A stretch of 58,678 bases of DNA, taken from Christensenella sp. UBA6406. Its GTDB lineage: Bacteria; Bacillota; Clostridia; Christensenellales; UBA1242. Of this stretch, positions 56,598-58,678 are shown in pieces (the first letter of the stretch is position 1; each line of letters starts with the position of its first letter). The position numbers and the translations under genes were made by a program. A model generated the notes under the pieces. The model worked only from the letters and a program-made list of their open reading frames with translations. It had not been told where the DNA came from and did no database searches. Where the stretch lies: assembly GCA_002438625.1 (NCBI GenBank), contig DJPS01000016.1, forward strand, positions 1-58,678, in the 5' to 3' direction.

Positions 56598-58541
56598 TTA
56601 TTTTTTGCTAACTTTATCAAGGAAATCTTCTTTATTAAAATCGGCATATTTTGCAATGTAGGCTTTTCTTGCATCTGCATTGTCGCCCATTAAAATTGTT
56701 ATCATTCTTTCTGCTTCTGCTGCATCTTCCAAATCTACACGGACAAGCGTTCTGTGCTTAGGGTCAATGGTTGTTTCCCAAAGTTGTTCTGGGTTCATTT
56801 CGCCAAGACCTTTGTAACGCTGAATTTGATAGCCCTTGCCCATTCTTGCAATCGCTTCTGGCAACTCTTTATCACTATAAACATATTCAATGTCCTTGCC
56901 TTTTGAAACCCTATAAAGCGGAGGCATTCCAATATAAATGTGTCCGTTTGTGATTAACTCTTTCATATACCTGAAAAAGAAAGTTAAAAGAATTGCCCTG
57001 ATGTGTGCGCCATCTTGGTCTGCATCTGAAAGGATAATGATTTTATGATATTTTAAACTTTTTAAATCTATATCACCAACGCCACACCCAAGTGCTGAAA
57101 TAAGCGTTCTAATTTCATCGTTTTGCAAAACTTGGTCAAGTCTTTTCTTTTCCGCATTAAGTGGTTTACCTTTAAGTGGCAAGATTGCTTGAAAATATCT
57201 ATCTCTCGCTTGCTTGGCACTGCCACCAGCGGAATCGCCCTCAACAATGAACAACTCGTTAAGTTCTGCCTTTCGCCCCGTGCAAGCGGATAACTTGCCA
57301 ACCAAATTTGTGCTATCTATGCTGTTCTTTGCCCTTGTTAGTTCTTTCGCCTTTCGTGCCGCTTCCCTTGCCTTAGATGCACTTTTAGCCTTGCCCACAA
57401 TAATTTCAATAGTTGAATTATATTCTTTTCTTGAAAGCAATTTGGTAAGTTCGTTTGTTACAATCGTTTCAACTTCTGTTTTCGCCTCTACGTTGCCAAG
57501 TTTTGTTTTTGTTTGACCCTCAAATTGAACATTTTTCATTTTGATTGAAAGCACAGCAGTCAAGCCTTCTTTATAATCATCAGCAATTAAATTTTGCTCT
57601 TTTTCCTTTATGAAATTGCCTTTTCGCCCAAGGTCGTTCATCACCTTTGTAAGTGCAGTTCTAAAACCCGTTTCGTGCGTTCCACCCTCTGTGGTTGGGA
57701 TGTTGTTTACATATGAGAACACGCTATCCGTGTATGAATCGGTGTAAGATAAAGCGAGTTCTAACTTAACCAAATCTGTTTGCCCTTCAATATAAATGGC
57801 AGGTTGAAATAATGATAATTTATCAGTATTGATATATTTAATAAAATCCGCAAGTCCGCCTTCGTATTTATAAACTTCATTTTGATTTGATTTTTCATCT
57901 ATTAATTCAATCTCTATGCCTTTATTTAAAAATGCAAGTTCTCTAAGTCTTTTAGAAACTGTGTCAAATTCAAATGTTGCATCTTTAAACACTTCACTAT
58001 CTGGCAAAAACTTAACAAGCGTGCCGTTTTTAGTTGTTGAACCAACTTCTTTCAACTTTTGCGTGCAAACACCGCTGTGTTGGTCGCCTTTTGCATCTAC
58101 AACACTTTCAAAGCGGGCAAAATATTCCTTGCCGTTTTTGTAAACCGTAACATCACACCATTTGCTAAGTGCATTTGTTACAGATGCTCCAACCCCGTGC
58201 AATCCGCCACTATAATTGTAGTTTTCGTTGTTAAATTTTCCGCCTGCGTGCAACTGAGTGAAAACGACTTCAACGCCACTGATTTTTAATTTTGGGTGTA
58301 TGTCAACGGGAACGCCACGACCATTGTCTTCAACTGATGCACTGCCATCTTTAAACAATTTGACAATAATTTTATTTGCAAATCCATTAGATGCTTCATC
58401 TATTGCATTATCCACAATTTCCCAAAGCAAGTGATGCAAACCCTTTATGCCCGTTGTGCCTATGTACATTCCTGGGCGAAGCCTAACCGCATCAAGCCCT
58501 TCTAAAACTAATATATCTTTTGAATCATATGATTTTGTCAT
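56598..58541 (-). CDS. Type IIA topoisomerase subunit B (GyrB/ParE family)
   Basis: The GHKL ATPase motifs are present (LHHLLWEIVDNAIDE, DNGRGVPVD, GGLHGVGAS), along with Toprim EGDSAGG and PLKGK, DADQDGAHI. It lies immediately upstream of the A subunit. Confidence 0.9.
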   Translation of the reverse strand: MTKSYDSKDILVLEGLDAVRLRPGMYIGTTGIKGLHHLLWEIVDNAIDEASNGFANKIIVKLFKDGSASVEDNGRGVPVDIHPKLKISGVEVVFTQLHAGGKFNNENYNYSGGLHGVGASVTNALSKWCDVTVYKNGKEYFARFESVVDAKGDQHSGVCTQKLKEVGSTTKNGTLVKFLPDSEVFKDATFEFDTVSKRLRELAFLNKGIEIELIDEKSNQNEVYKYEGGLADFIKYINTDKLSLFQPAIYIEGQTDLVKLELALSYTDSYTDSVFSYVNNIPTTEGGTHETGFRTALTKVMNDLGRKGNFIKEKEQNLIADDYKEGLTAVLSIKMKNVQFEGQTKTKLGNVEAKTEVETIVTNELTKLLSRKEYNSTIEIIVGKAKSASKAREAARKAKELTRAKNSIDSTNLVGKLSACTGRKAELNELFIVEGDSAGGSAKQARDRYFQAILPLKGKPLNAEKKRLDQVLQNDEIRTLISALGCGVGDIDLKSLKYHKIIILSDADQDGAHIRAILLTFFFRYMKELITNGHIYIGMPPLYRVSKGKDIEYVYSDKELPEAIARMGKGYQIQRYKGLGEMNPEQLWETTIDPKHRTLVRVDLEDAAEAERMITILMGDNADARKAYIAKYADFNKEDFLDKVSKK

Positions 58542-58628
58542 ACATCTCTCCTATATCTCTCAATACAACCATTTTACCACAAAATTACGAATTTTAAAAG
58601 CACTTTTAAAAATTTTTTGTCATCTTAA

Positions 58629-58670
58629 AAAAAGTTATCCACATTTTGGGCGTTTTTGTGGATAACTTTT
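58629..58670 (-). terminator. Intrinsic terminator for a gene beyond the right edge; its arms are two perfect DnaA-box consensus 9-mers
   Basis: AAAAGTTATCCACA pairs with TGTGGATAACTTTT across a 13-nt loop. On the minus strand the stem is followed by a run of 7 T. TTATCCACA lies at 58635..58643 and TGTGGATAA at 58657..58665. Confidence 0.5.
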
Positions 58671-58678
58671 GCATATGT

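Overview
This is an AT-rich bacterial chromosomal segment, transcribed almost entirely on the minus strand. It carries Firmicutes/Clostridia hallmarks: spoIIID, a SpoIIQ-like M23 peptidase, SipW-type AYFTA signal peptides and lipoboxes. The right third is housekeeping: type IIA topoisomerase B and A subunits, a DUF4143-type ATPase, secA and a HIT-ASCH protein. The centre holds a ttcA-like PP-loop ATPase, spoIIID, a ferritin-like protein, acpP, an M23 peptidase and a block of uncharacterised envelope proteins. Nearly half of the window is two tandem paralogous giant lipoprotein genes (3956 and 5047 aa) built from Ig-like domains and many GLUG-motif beta-helix modules. The most interesting content is regulatory: three separate candidate phase-variation devices sit on surface-protein genes. 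(i) A perfect 22-bp inverted repeat brackets a 140-bp segment immediately upstream of the 3956-aa gene (inverton-like). (ii) A G9 tract lies inside the 16-nt spacer of a near-consensus promoter upstream of a TasA/camelysin-like gene. (iii) The same TAGGC-G9 element lies in the 5' coding region of a 1.1-kaa TasA-domain adhesin. As sequenced it separates the start codon and signal peptide from the gene body, and loss of one G restores the frame. There is also a 2.1-kb two-gene ABC-ATPase plus Toprim-like cassette (AbiL/RloAB/PARIS class), bounded by 43-nt direct repeats of a terminator hairpin. I recognised no rRNA, tRNA, CRISPR array, transposase or recombinase gene. All calls come from reading the sequence and ORF translations by eye; no searches were run.
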